From Dicyema japonicum (Eukaryota; Animalia; Dicyemida), in assembly GCA_011109175.1 (NCBI GenBank), contig RDEW01000073.1, forward strand, positions 59,662 through 92,661: a DNA stretch of 33,000 nucleotides, read 5' to 3'. Positions 1 through 11,568 of the stretch are shown here, in pieces (position 1 is the stretch's first letter; the number at the start of each line of letters is the position of its first letter). The translations under genes were made by a program, and so were the position numbers. Under the pieces are notes generated by a model. It was not told the origin of the DNA and searched no databases. It saw only the letters and a program-made list of their open reading frames with translations.

Positions 1-79
1 TTTTTGAACATTTTATTTATATTCTGTCTTTTTGCGCGAGCACAGAGACTTCGCTCCAATGAGATCGTCCTGATGTCAG

Positions 80-1640
80 GAGAATCAGAATCTTACAACT
101 GAACATTAATGGGATCACACCAAAACACGTTGAACTAACGGACTCTTTGACAAGAGACAAAATTGATAAGTTTTTTCTGTAAGACTCCAGACTATCCGTC
201 ACCTCATTAATATCTACATTCCGTCTTCATCATGATGCCTTGAATTCCTACTCAACTTCAATTACGTTATCATGACCTTAATGCTAATAACCCACTATAG
301 TATTCGAATCAGTTAACAGACAGCAAAAGAACAAATCGCCTCGAAACTTGTCATACTGAACAACCGCAACCAACACAAAAAATGTGGAAGTGATCCTGGA
401 GATCCAAACACATCACCTGACCTTTCGATATACTCACCCTCGATCACATCGCTGATTAGGTGGAATGTCAGATATGACGTAGCTGTTTGACCCAACCATC
501 GTTGATGAGTCTATTTTCACCACACATAACGATCGGGTGGACCTTCGCAAACTACATGAAAACGAATTGAGGATTATTTTAAGGCTGAAATAGAAAGGTC
601 TTGCATGACTTCTCTATATATAATTTCACGCGCTCAGATAAAGCTGTAGCCTTTTTAACTCTGTTATATTGTCGGCTGAGAAAGAAAGTATTTTCCTAAT
701 ACTTCATTAGACTTTCGCTGTCAGGCAAACAATTTGATGACCTATTATGGCAATACCAGTCACATTCCAATGCCCAAAAATGTTCGATCTAAGAAAGTCA
801 AACCAACACGAGGTACGAGGGTCAAATCCAAGTTCCCGTACCACTAATCTAAAATTCGCGCAACTCTTCCGCCAAAGGCCCTGATGGTCAATGTATCCTC
901 CAATTGAAAGACCTCGGACCTAACGGAATCAATGCTCTCTCGGCCATTGATGAATTCTCAATCAACTCAAGTTTTATTCTTATGTACTGGAAAAAAAACT
1001 AATAATTATCTCTACTCAAAAACATCGAGGATTTTCCTCCCCTTTTTCCTACAGACCTATTTCTCTCACCTCAGCTGTATCAATGGTTTTGGAAATAACA
1101 GTCTTGAACGAGCTCAACCTTTCCAAATCACATAGTGGCTTTCGTTTCTTCACTCAACAACCTCCCATCTATCCACCTTGACACTGTTTATTGCCGATGG
1201 TTTTAATAATTCGAAACCCCTCGAGAGAACTGTTCAGATCTCAATCGACCTGACAAAAGCTTTTGAAGCATTTCTCACTTGGTTTTCTCAAATAAGATCA
1301 GTTTATCAAAAATCCCTCAAGTATGGAAGTCCTGTATCACTAAGATCTTTTCCGGAAGACTGGGTCAAACATGTTTTCATTCCCATGTCCCGATTCCGCT
1401 ATCTTCCCAATGGTGTCCATAGGGATCAATTCTCTCAACATCACTTTTTAACCTATACTTCAGTAACAATTTTTACAACTGACCGAGTATATATATCGAC
1501 AACGAACTTCCCGAAATCCTCAGAGTCACGTTTTAACAAACACGTTGAAGTACTTTACATCGAAGCATAACGAAAAGTAAACATCTTCCGAGTAATAGCT
1601 GGCCACTCAAACGGCCAGCGAAGGAGTGGATTTATAAAGT
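80..1640 (+). mobile_element. Degenerate APE-type non-LTR retrotransposon (LINE) ORF2: AP endonuclease + reverse transcriptase remnant
   Basis: From about 81 the frame reads RIRILQLNINGITPKHVEL...IDKFFL*DSRL, an APE N-terminal motif. SPDLSI follows near 415, GPDG near 878, and FIADGFNNSKPLERTVQISIDLTKAF (RT) lies in ORF 1178-1570. Many stops and frameshifts. Boundaries approximate. Confidence 0.85.
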
Positions 1641-2559
1641 CAAAATAAATTACCCTAATCATTAAATATGCTTGATTTCAAGTAATAACATGGACTATGT
1701 AATGCAAAATATAAGACTAGCGAACATATTGATGACTTATACTTCATAGAAAAAATAAATACCAACAGTGCGATTCGAACAACGCATCCGAAGATAACAG
1801 CACAATAAGTTGTCGCCTTTGACCAGTCTGCCATGTTGGCTCTATAAGTAATTTATCCTCATAGAAGATTAATATAATATTTTACTCATTTTTTAATCAA
1901 ATAGATCAAACAAATATGAGCAACAATTTTTAAAAATTATTGAAAATTCTTTAATTGAACTATTAAAATAATTTTTCGTTTCAATCCAGATAGTCGAGTT
2001 ATTGATTTGTCAAACTGGAATGATGTGAGCTGTAAGCCTACCTTATTCGAAAAGCACGAATAACCGATAAAGTAAAATTCGTTAATGAAAATTTGATAGA
2101 TGAATCAAAATCCAAAAAATAGTTTGAAATTTTATTTAGTGAATTGCATCAAGATGCTGCTGACAAGGACAATAGAGCAAGTTGCTTCGTCTACCATGAT
2201 ACTTCATTCACCTGTATTTAATATAGCAGTCTTCAACAGCGACTTCAAGTAAAGCACGAATTACACTGCAAAAATCAAGCGTAATGAATTGCCTCGAAAA
2301 ATAACATGGATGATTGTGTCTATGATTTTGGTATATGGTAACATTCGTTTATATTCATCCTACATCCGTCCTCTGTTGTTATAATGGGGATTTCTTTTTG
2401 AATCTCGGATAAAGGCTTGGATCTAGCAGACACTCTACAACCTGACTTCTCTCTCTTTCAATTAAAAAAATTTTTTTGTATATTTTTTTTTACAATCTAT
2501 TTGAGTGACTATAAACATTTAAATAAATATTTGAAATATTTATTGAAAAAACCAAGATT

Positions 2560-3809
2560 TATATTAAAGTAATCGATTAGTGTTTTTTTACATTATCGAT
2601 TTTCGTTATTTTTTGAATTTTTACTAAACTTTCAAGCATATTTAAATCAAAATTTTCATCATGCGAAAAATATTCTTTGGGTTCTAAAACACTTTTATCG
2701 CTTTTCTATGTGTAATACATTTTTCTTTCTTTTCACAATCTTCTTCGATTGTTATTTTATGCGAAGGACAATGGTCTACAACCAAAAGTATCCTTCTTTG
2801 TTTTTGTTCGAGATTCATGTCCCATTTATACAGCCATTCGTTGAAAATTTGCATGTTCATCCAAGCCTTTGAAAAATTGTGTATTTTAAATATTTATCAA
2901 CGTTCATGTTTTTGAAACACCTTAGTTTCTTATACTTTCCGATCATCAATGGGGTTCTTTTATCAGATAGTCATATTTGCGCAAAGCATTGATGAAAATC
3001 TAAAGATTAGCTAAAAAATTTAAACCGATCGTTAAGTAATTTCTGTCATGATCTGTGTTTCCTGCATACACATTTTGAAAGAATAGTCTTGTAAAACACA
3101 CCGGTTTCGTCACCATTATAAACATATTCGGCACCATATTCATTTATTTTTGAGAAGATAATTTTTTTAGTCTTCAATTTCTATTTTAAACTCATCCGCA
3201 GTATATCCCAATTCACCATGAAAAATTCGTAATTTTACATTGTGCTTTCTTTAGACGTTTCCAGCCATCCTTTACTGGATTTGAATTCAGAGACTCCATT
3301 TAATGCAGCAAATTCAGTTGCTTTCGATAAAATTATCTTATCAATAAGGCAAAATCCAATTGATTCTATGCAATCCATTCAAGTAATGATTTCAGTATTA
3401 ATTGATAAATATCTGAGTTTCAAAAAACGAGAACTTGTCCCATAAATTGGATTAATTTCAAGAATCTTCTCTTCATTCAATTTAAGATCGCTTATTGCAC
3501 GTCTCGAAATTGATTTTTTGAAACGCATTGAAAAAATTTCTGAGACACGCCTTAAACATATAGAAGAGTTATCAATAGGATAATTTATGATTTCTTTTTT
3601 TGATCATAAGATAATCTAGAACACTTCTTCATGTTACAAAAAAAGACAGGCGGCATAAATATTTGAAAAAACTATTTTTTTAAATAATAAATTTTAATTT
3701 ATTAATGCTAAAACGTGGCGAGTAATGGAATTTCTTTAGTAAAATTGGAATCTTTTTCCATAGAAAAAGATTAGAAATAGAAATGGCGAGCAACAGAGGG
3801 TAAACTGTA
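2560..3809 (-). mobile_element. Degenerate Tigger/pogo-family DNA transposon (CENP-B-like HTH + DDE_1 transposase)
   Basis: Minus-strand fragments read MKKCSRLSYDQKK (from 3631), EFKSSKGWLET...FHGE, VYNGDETGVFYK, PLMIGKYKKLRCFKN and KAWMNMQIFNEWL...RRILLVVDHCPSH. A TA-CAGTTTACCCTC terminus on the minus strand at 3809-3795 resembles a pogo TIR with a TA target site. Confidence 0.88.
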
Positions 3810-4129
3810 TTCAAAAATGTCATAACGAGACGATTATGTATGCGACTATGTATGTAAATTACACTAATAATTGTCAGATGAATATGTATAAATCATATAG
3901 TGTCCGGAAGCTAAACCCCCCCCTCCGTCATCGAGTGTTTCCCAATCAAAATAGACTGATATACGTACCCTGAAAATGAATGGGACGAGCTCCCTCGTTA
4001 AAAGTCGACACGAAATATGCATATATCATCTAAAACCTTGCGTCAAACGGATTGCGGGCCCTTATGGACATCTACCAAGTGACCTTGAACTCAGGAAGAA
4101 AGGAAATAGAGTAACGGTTATATAGAAGG

Positions 4130-4280
4130 TGCCCTGACTGCGTGGCTATTCCCTCTCATGATAGCGAGCGAGATTCGCTCAAATAACCAGCAGCGCTCAC
4201 AAGGGTCTCCTTTTTGCGTAGCGATCCGTTTCCCTAGACGACTTAAGAATTCCTTGAGATTCATTCAACAAGCGAATTAT
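4130..4280 (-). repeat. 3' fragment of a CRE-clade non-LTR element; inverted copy of about 9500-9625
   Basis: The reverse complement of 4131-4200 (GTGAGCGCTGCTGGTTATTTGAGCGAATCTCGCTCGCTATCATGAGAGGGAATAGCCACGCAGTCAGGG) nearly matches 9557-9625. It encodes WLFERISLAIMRGNSHAV, which resembles the CRE C-terminal motif. Confidence 0.8.
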
Positions 4281-4594
4281 CAAGTTCATAGTCTTCCAGT
4301 GTTTCACTGTTTTTAAGAATTTTTAAGTTTCTTTATCGGATATGGGATAATTCTTTTATCGGAGAATTAAGAATAAAGTATTAAGTTATTTTTGAAATCT
4401 TTCTTTTCCGTTCAATATAAATTTGGGTATTCTTTCTGACCACGTAGCATTGTAAGACATTAAATTTAAAAAGTAAATTCATTTACATTTAGAATAAAAA
4501 CAAAATAAATTAATTCGAAATTTTTAATAATTGCCTTTCGGATTGCAGATTATGAAGCTTCGGTCTATTGAAGCTTGTTTCTATGGAAACTTTG

Positions 4595-4645
4595 TAAAAT
4601 TTCGCTGACTCATCGAAATTTTCGGATTAATGAGGGTTTACTGTA
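4595..4645 (-). mobile_element. Isolated pogo/Tigger-like terminal inverted repeat
   Basis: The minus strand reads TA-CAGTAAACCCTCATTAATCCGAAAATTTCG, a typical pogo-type TIR start after a TA dinucleotide. TTCGG subterminal motifs recur at about 4537-4625. Confidence 0.5.
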
Positions 4646-5099
4646 TTATAAACCTTTTAAAGATATTAAGATAATTTCAGTTTAATTAATGGAACTCGCT
4701 GAAACATTCGCTCAGCTTACAAGAACTCAAATGAGTGAATGCCAGAACTGCAGAGCGAGTCTTCAAAACATTGGTCATATAACCATGAAAGGTAACTCTC
4801 AATCAGTTCTGAGTGGTCGTAAATATTGACCCTCCATTAAAATTTTGTTTATTATTAACTTATAAAGTTATATTCGACATGTGCGAAACCCAAAACGATT
4901 TCAATATCATGTTTTATCTCCGCTTGTTGCAGTAAGAAAGCTTCAGAGGACGTTTCGTATTCAAAGCCTTTCATGGTCGAGACTTCGGGTGTGATGAGAT
5001 CATGTTCCCTTACTTTCTAGCAATCCATCAGTGGCTTATTTCAAGGAATAAACGGAGATAACATTTTGTTATTTTATTCATTTAAAAACTAAGAAAAAA

Positions 5100-6380
5100 A
5101 AGATTATTAATGACAAGAAAAAATAATGAACCTTCTAACCAATTTACCACTTGGGCGATTACTGGCTTCTCTCATAATCGAGAACGCACTGCCCAAGACG
5201 ATTTGCAAGAAAATGAGGTTAATTAGGCACCTCCTTTCTCTTCTATCAATTTCCATTTTCGAGATGAGCGATCCAATGCTGTTTAACATGGTCAGTGATC
5301 TTTTTTATTAGTACAAAATAAAAAACTGACCTAATTACCACCGTTACCTGTAATATCATGCATCATCAACTAATTCTCTCTTGGTGATAATAACATGAAC
5401 TATATTTTCTATTATCATAGTTCATATTTTATAAAATGAAATCTAAAACTAAATAAACAAACAAAATTTTATATAACTATTCATTAAAAAAAAGTGCTAA
5501 AAAACTTTTCAAGTTATCAAATGATAGACTGGGTGCAACACATTAACCAGCTCACTATAGGTTCGAGATTTTTATTAAAAATTGAGAAAATCAATTTAAT
5601 CACCTCTTTTTTACTTTTATCATCATTAAAAAACGTTCGAGGAAAGACCTAGAATGAAATAATTAACGGTAATATTTTGATCACAATTACTAAACAGCAG
5701 ATAAATAACACCAACGGCACGTAATCGATTCATCCGAAAACAGCTAAATGTGCAAATAGAACAAACCTTTTTAATTAAATGTGGAAGCATGTTAACTACA
5801 TCAGCACTCATTCCACTATTCCGCAACAGGCAAGCAATTCCTTCCAATTTAAAATTGCCTTACACATAACATCAGTAGGAGTGACATACATTTAGTAAAT
5901 AAACCAATGCAGAATTAATTCAATGTGGCAGTCCTAGCCAATTAAACTTCTGAATATTTTTAAGTCAAGTAGCCTCTATCAAAGAAAACATTTCTTTGTG
6001 GGAAACTGAAGTAAAGTAGCTTGTTTGAAACATCAGCTGGGAAATTCTGGTTAAAATATAATTTTAGTTCTTCCAAATGCAAAGCACTCGGTTTGTCAAA
6101 TTTCCATTTTGTGAACTATTTTAATAAAACTTGGAAATACAGTCACTTGTTTTGTCATGGAACTCGTATTGGCTGGAAAATTCTAAAATTAAAAAGTGGA
6201 TAAACAAATTGTGTATTTCCCTCCTGTTGATCCTCGTCAGAAGTATTCTAAATGTTAAAATTTATCAATTACAATCGTTATTCGTTCTATGCGTCTGAAT
6301 TTCTGAATAAGAGGAGTCGCTTCTTTTTCCAACCCAGATAGACTTTCCCCACCAGTCCGATATTTCAGACTAAAATGAAA
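5100..6380 (-). pseudogene. CKAP5: XMAP215/ch-TOG (CKAP5/Msps)-like fragment covering TOG5; tiny introns, frameshifts and a stop
   Basis: Spliced fragments are FTKWKFDKPSALHLEELKLYF (cf. [21 protein letters not shown]), IELILHWFIY*MYVTPTDVMCKAI (cf. [24 protein letters not shown]), NMLPHLIKK (cf. SFIPYLVVK) and MLNSIGSLISK (cf. ALKEIAVHIGD). GT-AG introns at 6248-6272 (25 nt), 6183-6205 (23), 6116-6140 (25) and 5744-5766 (23). Confidence 0.65.
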
Positions 6381-6399
6381 ATTTCAGAAAACTGTTTAG

Positions 6400-7700
6400 A
6401 TCAACTATCATTCCTGGAATCACTCGATGTAAACGAAATATTCGACTCGGTATCAAGAAAAATTCATTCAAACCGAATGTTGAATATTAAACTTTTACTG
6501 ATCAACTTCCTGAAAGGAATACAAGTCCACTCGTAAAATGGACTAAATATATTAAACCAAGAATCCTTTTATACAATACGATTATTCAAGTCAATACCAC
6601 GTCAAACAACATGGGAGTCATGTTTGATCAGGGACTTCCTTAGCTAAACATGTGAAAATCAGGAAAAAAATGAAAATCTTAACGATGTAGCTTTCGGAAA
6701 CAATGCTGGATCCCTCTCTACTATCTACAGACAGTTTTCCACCCAGTATTGACATATGCGAGTGCAACGTGGTCAATGACAATTTCTACTCCAGATTCTT
6801 AGAGTAAAGTCGACCAGTATTAATTAACAAACTCTCTCAACGAACACCAATAGACCAGAATTCACAGCAGATGGCGGAGATGGATTACGGTCTTGGAGTT
6901 AGGAGCAGTAGAAAATAGACGTGTGGAAAACCATCCGAAATGTTGCAAAGGGAGAAGAAACCTCCCCCGAGGATGACTATACTCAACGAGACGTTAACAA
7001 TTTGATAAAATTCTACACAAAAATTTCGTACAAGGAACACAGGAAGTCGGGAGTGCTTCTCTCCTCATGGAGAAAACTGAAGAAGGATTCTAACCCAGTT
7101 TACTTCTCGGATGAGGACGTGATGAATGAGCTGCATTTTACAAGAACAACGTACTCTGCCGGTCCCGACAACATTCCAGCAGTGTTATTAAAGAACCTTG
7201 GAGATATTGGAGTCGGTTTTCTAACGTCGGTGTATAACTATTCAATTAATTGTAATGTAATACCGTTGTTATGGAACAAGCCAACATACGACCTATACTG
7301 AAACATGGGAAACCTAAGGAAGATCCAGCATCATTTAGACATGAGTCATTGTTATGTTCATATCGAAAATTCTGGAAAGGCTTGTGCTTGTGAGAATCAA
7401 GGCTTTCTTACCAGATAAGGATTTTCAACACGGATTCAAGAGCGATTGTTATACATCAACGTACCTACAGAAATTAACCAACTTTATTAGAGATGGTTTT
7501 TCAAACAAACCAAGGCATTTGAAGACAGTCTTATGTTCCATTGATATTAACAAGGCCTTTGATTCTATTTCGAGAAAAATACTATCAAAGAAAATTTTCC
7601 AGTCCGAGATCCCGGGGAAGCTTAAACTTTGGATAAAAAATTTCTTAAGTGGACGAAGAGGACATGTATGCCTCGGAGGACTGAAATCATATGTTTTTTA
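6400..7700 (+). mobile_element. APE-type LINE reverse transcriptase remnants (at least two fragments)
   Basis: ORFs 6921-7301 (SAGPDNIP...LKNLG) and 7354-7701 (SKILERLVL, FQHGFK, DGFSNKPRHLKTVLCSIDINKAFDSI) are classic LINE RT motifs. 6420-6790 carries a degenerate RT C-terminal part (GVMFD, LTYASATW). Confidence 0.88.
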
Positions 7701-7849
7701 AAATCGTTAAAACTTTCAAAAATATTGTTTTTTGCTAATAATATAAATAGAGTCAAAAATTTGTCAAATTTGATTGAAATTTAATTTTTAGGTCAATAAA
7801 ATCTGTTTTTTATTAACCGCGTACTCTGAATCAATCTTACTTCTCATCA

Positions 7850-9630
7850 TCACGGACTATTCTGGTGAAGATCATCAATGCCGCGCTCCCAGTCGCTGGG
7901 GAGGACCTATCTAGTACGATCGAGGATGCCTTCCTGACGAATTCAATACAAGACTTGGTTCGTCGCGCTGAGACTTAATCGCAAGGGTAACTGAAATGAG
8001 TCTCTCGCTGTCACCATGAAGACAACCATTCGTTTTTATTAAAGGAACCCATTCCTCGGTTAACCAACACCTTTAACAAAATGCGGGAGACGTATAGTCA
8101 GAAGAAGGAAGTAGAAGTGTTCCCTCTCAAGAAAAATGATCGCTCGAAGTTAACCGAAGATGGAACTCGTGCAATCATTAAGGCATTTTTTCTAGCGGAA
8201 CGATCGCATCAACTGATGATATACTCCTTACAATACGGAATTTTGCCCCCAGTAGCAGTGCCGGGTTGGGAGGAATGAGAACTGTTCGTCTAAAAGACCT
8301 GACTTCTTTGTCAGTTGGAGATCAGAACTTTGTCATACGAATTCAGTTACTTCAATTATGAACCGAATTATGCCTGGACTACTTCCCGAAGTGTTCCCTC
8401 ACGTCCTGTTCTCCACGAACCTTATGGCCTCGGATAAAAAAGAAGGTGGAGTACGCCAAATTGTGGTCGGGTTTGTATACAGGAGACTGTTTTTTCAAGT
8501 AAATTCATCTTGGGGGAGAGTTATTCTCAAACTGAAGCATAGAAGATTTCCAAGGAAACTAGACATCAAGAACGCTCAACAATCTGAGAGAGATAATATT
8601 TTGGAAGTGTGTATGGAAAGATGTCTAATATTTTCTGTAGTCTACATTCATCCTTACTCTTCAGAGATACCTAATCCCTTCGTCTTCCAGAGTAAACAAG
8701 GAGATCCTTTGGACATCTGCTATTTTATCTTGCAATCAAAGGATTCACCTAACTTCCCCAATGGCACATAAACCAGTTGTATCTGGATGATGAGGACCGT
8801 CAGATACAGTCCACGTTCAGATGTTAATTCTGGCTTTACAATTGTGGACTTTCAATGAAAAATATTCACAAGTTATGTCATCGTTCATGAATTTGTTTCC
8901 CGGAAGTTTTTCCATCCCCAACGAAGACCTTATATTTCTCGGATCCCCAATCACCATGCGTACAATGGGGGACCATATGGTAAAAACGACGTTACTCTAG
9001 CAGATTCTGGCAGAATTTTCTATTGATCAGGATTTCGGTCATGCACGTGAAGCCTGAAACCGTACCTACCTGTTTTTCCACCTTCCTTGAACTCTTAACG
9101 AGGTCTGGTGATGACGTATGTCGAAAGTTATTTGAAGATCTACTGGTGTCATCTAACCAATGCCGTCGTGCTTGTTCGTTTTTGGGGTCTTCTTCCGAAA
9201 GTGGAACCTGGCTCAACGTCATTCCGAGTGGGGTTTTGACCATTCTCGATGATGAATGTGTTCGCATTGTGATCTCATTACAACTCGGATTGAAAGACTA
9301 TGTACCGCAACCATGGAAATTTGGGGACAAGATTGACTGTTTTGGCCTCATCAACACTCCTGCAGGGAAGAGTGCGAGTAAATATTCCAGACACGTGGAC
9401 TTGACCCAAGTCGTTAGAAGAATTTTGTTCCAAGATCTTCCAGATATCATTCTTTTTGTTTCTTTTACTCGCAATTAAAACTTCCCTTGCGCTACAACGC
9501 TGATTCAATTTCTGAGTCGTTTGGGAATCGGATTTATACACTCACATGAGATCTCCGTGAGCGCTGTTGGTTATTTGAGCGAATCTCCCTCGCTATCCTG
9601 AGAGAAAATAGCTACGCAGTCAGGGGGCTA
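7850..9630 (+). mobile_element. Degenerate CRE-clade non-LTR retrotransposon (RT + restriction-like endonuclease type)
   Basis: Motifs KKEGGVRQIVVGFVYRRL, KLDIKNA, QGDPL, YLDD (about 8780), SGTWLNVIPS...LDDECVRIVISLQLG, KYSRH and terminal WLFERISLAILRENS. 5' boundary approximate. Confidence 0.82.
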
Positions 9631-9869
9631 TTAAATAAATTTGTTTTACCATAAAATCAAAATTTTTATTTGTTAGATTTTAACCGCCTATAATTTATTA
9701 TCGTGAGAGACCTGTATGAATTCAAGATAAGGAAGAAAAGACAAGTGATTCGAATTAGATGAGAAAGAATAAGAATGACTGGCATTCAACTAAATTATAT
9801 GGAGTATAAATTTGGAGAAATTATTAAACACACTTCGAGAAATTGTATTCATTAATATCCATGTTGTGC

Positions 9870-10020
9870 TGCCTGCCCATAGATCCGACAACTTAACGAT
9901 GATGTGGCAATCTCTTTTGCGGCCACACCAACCATCCTGGGAGTGACGTTTGACCAAGGACTTACATTCGCAAAACATATTGAGAATTTGGTGGAACTAG
10001 CTTCCCACAATGTTCGGTGG
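9870..10020 (+). mobile_element. Short LINE RT C-terminal fragment
   Basis: Reads PTILGVTFDQGLTFAKHIENL, the LGVxFD..LTF..H motif of LINE RTs. Confidence 0.65.
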
Positions 10021-10029
10021 ATGACGTTC

Positions 10030-10510
10030 CAGAAGCTTGTCGATTTTAAGATTTTGATAGAATTAATAATTCTTTGTTAAGTTGATAAACTTCTGAATTT
10101 TTAACCTCTCTGCCGTTATCTGAATGCAAAATTGTGGGTGTGCCAAAGTTCATGTATACGTATTCCAAATGGTCTCTAACTTCACTGGATTTTTTTCTCT
10201 CCAGTGCATAGCATCAGGCAAACTTGAGTGAGAATCCATCTCCTCCCATCATTTTGTTCAGAATATAGTCTTATTTATTTGTTAATCCCAGGCTTACAAT
10301 CTTCCGTAAACCCTGCACAAACAGTCACTACTAATTAATCCAAGGAAAGAATCCAAGGAGAACGTCTGCTTGTGCCAACCAAATCCATCCTCCAGCAGTC
10401 CATTACAGGCTTTCGCTTCCAAAGAGAGGTGGATCATGTTGATTCCAGGATGTCCATCTGAATGTTCTTTGATTAAAATTTCCTTAATTTTTTTAAATCT
10501 CAAATTAGCA
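10030..10510 (-). mobile_element. Integrase remnant of Ginger/GIN type (KRBA2/SCAND3-like) or Ty3/gypsy type
   Basis: Minus strand reads KIKEILIKEHSDGHPGIN (start of the HHCC zinc finger) and YALERKKSSEVRDHLEYVYMNFGTPTILHSDNGREVKN (rve core). Confidence 0.75.
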
Positions 10511-10519
10511 AACAACGTG

Positions 10520-11400
10520 TTTGATTAAACCACCAGATTCTCGTTAAAAACAATTGGATATGTTAGTACCCCATGCCGCGCAGCAGTAACTGATTGAGGA
10601 AGCATATATTGGTAGTAAAGATGATCTACTGTTGGGTGGAACCATCTCTTGTAGTATCTTAGTAGCGTTTTTGCCAAGTTTAATTTTCGCTGGGAAGAGG
10701 AGATTATGTCACTCACATGTTTGCTGAAGGTCATTAGTGGTTCATATGTGACCCCCAGTATTTTGGTTGATTGTTATTCCATTTAGAGTCAATGAAGGCG
10801 CCGAGTTAGTCAATCTTCTATTGGAAGTAAAGATCATAGATCACAACTTTTCAGGATTTGTGTGTAGTTGGTTCCTCGTAAGCCAACAGTTCAGGTCATC
10901 CAGTGAATCTTGTAAGCGAGTACCCGCTGTGTGGATGCACTGGCCTATTGTTCCCAGGATTAAGTCGTCGGCGTAAGCAAGGAATAGGATATTGTAGCAG
11001 CTGTAAAAAGGCATGTCGCTCATGAATAGATTGAATAGAATATGAGAGAGGGGGATCCTTGCGGGGCCCTATTCGGTAGAAATTTAGTGTAGGAATCGAG
11101 TTCCTACTGATAGAAAGGTTGTAAATTCTGGTCAAGGCCAAGATGGTGTAGGGGCCTATCTTAACTATAATGTAGGGAATTCCATCTGGACACTTGCGTA
11201 AGACGATTTCTGGTTTTGAATAGCTTTCCGCACGACGTCCATTGAAAGGCTGTTCGAGGTTGCCTCGCGTTTTGGTTGCTGTCACGTCGAATAATGTTGT
11301 AGTCTGGGAAGACAGGGAGAAAGTGGAGGAAGATAGTCTTGTTTCTTTGAAGTAGGTTAATGTCTGTATCCTGTTTTTTCAGACTCTGAGCTCCAGGACC
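10520..11400 (-). mobile_element. Internally deleted APE-type LINE ORF2 remnant
   Basis: INLLQ near 11360, CPDGI, FLAYADDLILGT, DDLNCWLTRNQLHTNPEK and TFSKHVSDII. Same family as 19640-20250 (plus). Confidence 0.85.
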
Positions 11401-11568
11401 TTTATTATTAGTGTTATTATTTTTATTAAAAAAAACTCCATATTGATAATTTAGCTTCGCTTTTATCAATTTCATAATTAATAAATTATAAAAAAAAGTA
11501 ATTTTAAAATTAAAAATAAATTCAAGAAATAAAAAGCGGGCTATATTCTTTGATTTGTGATTGCTGTG

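Noticed and set aside
2028-2380. Candidate partner TIRs for the pogo ends at 3807 and 4643 (near 2030 and 2362)
   Set aside because: The matches are partial and need gaps, so element boundaries cannot be fixed by eye.
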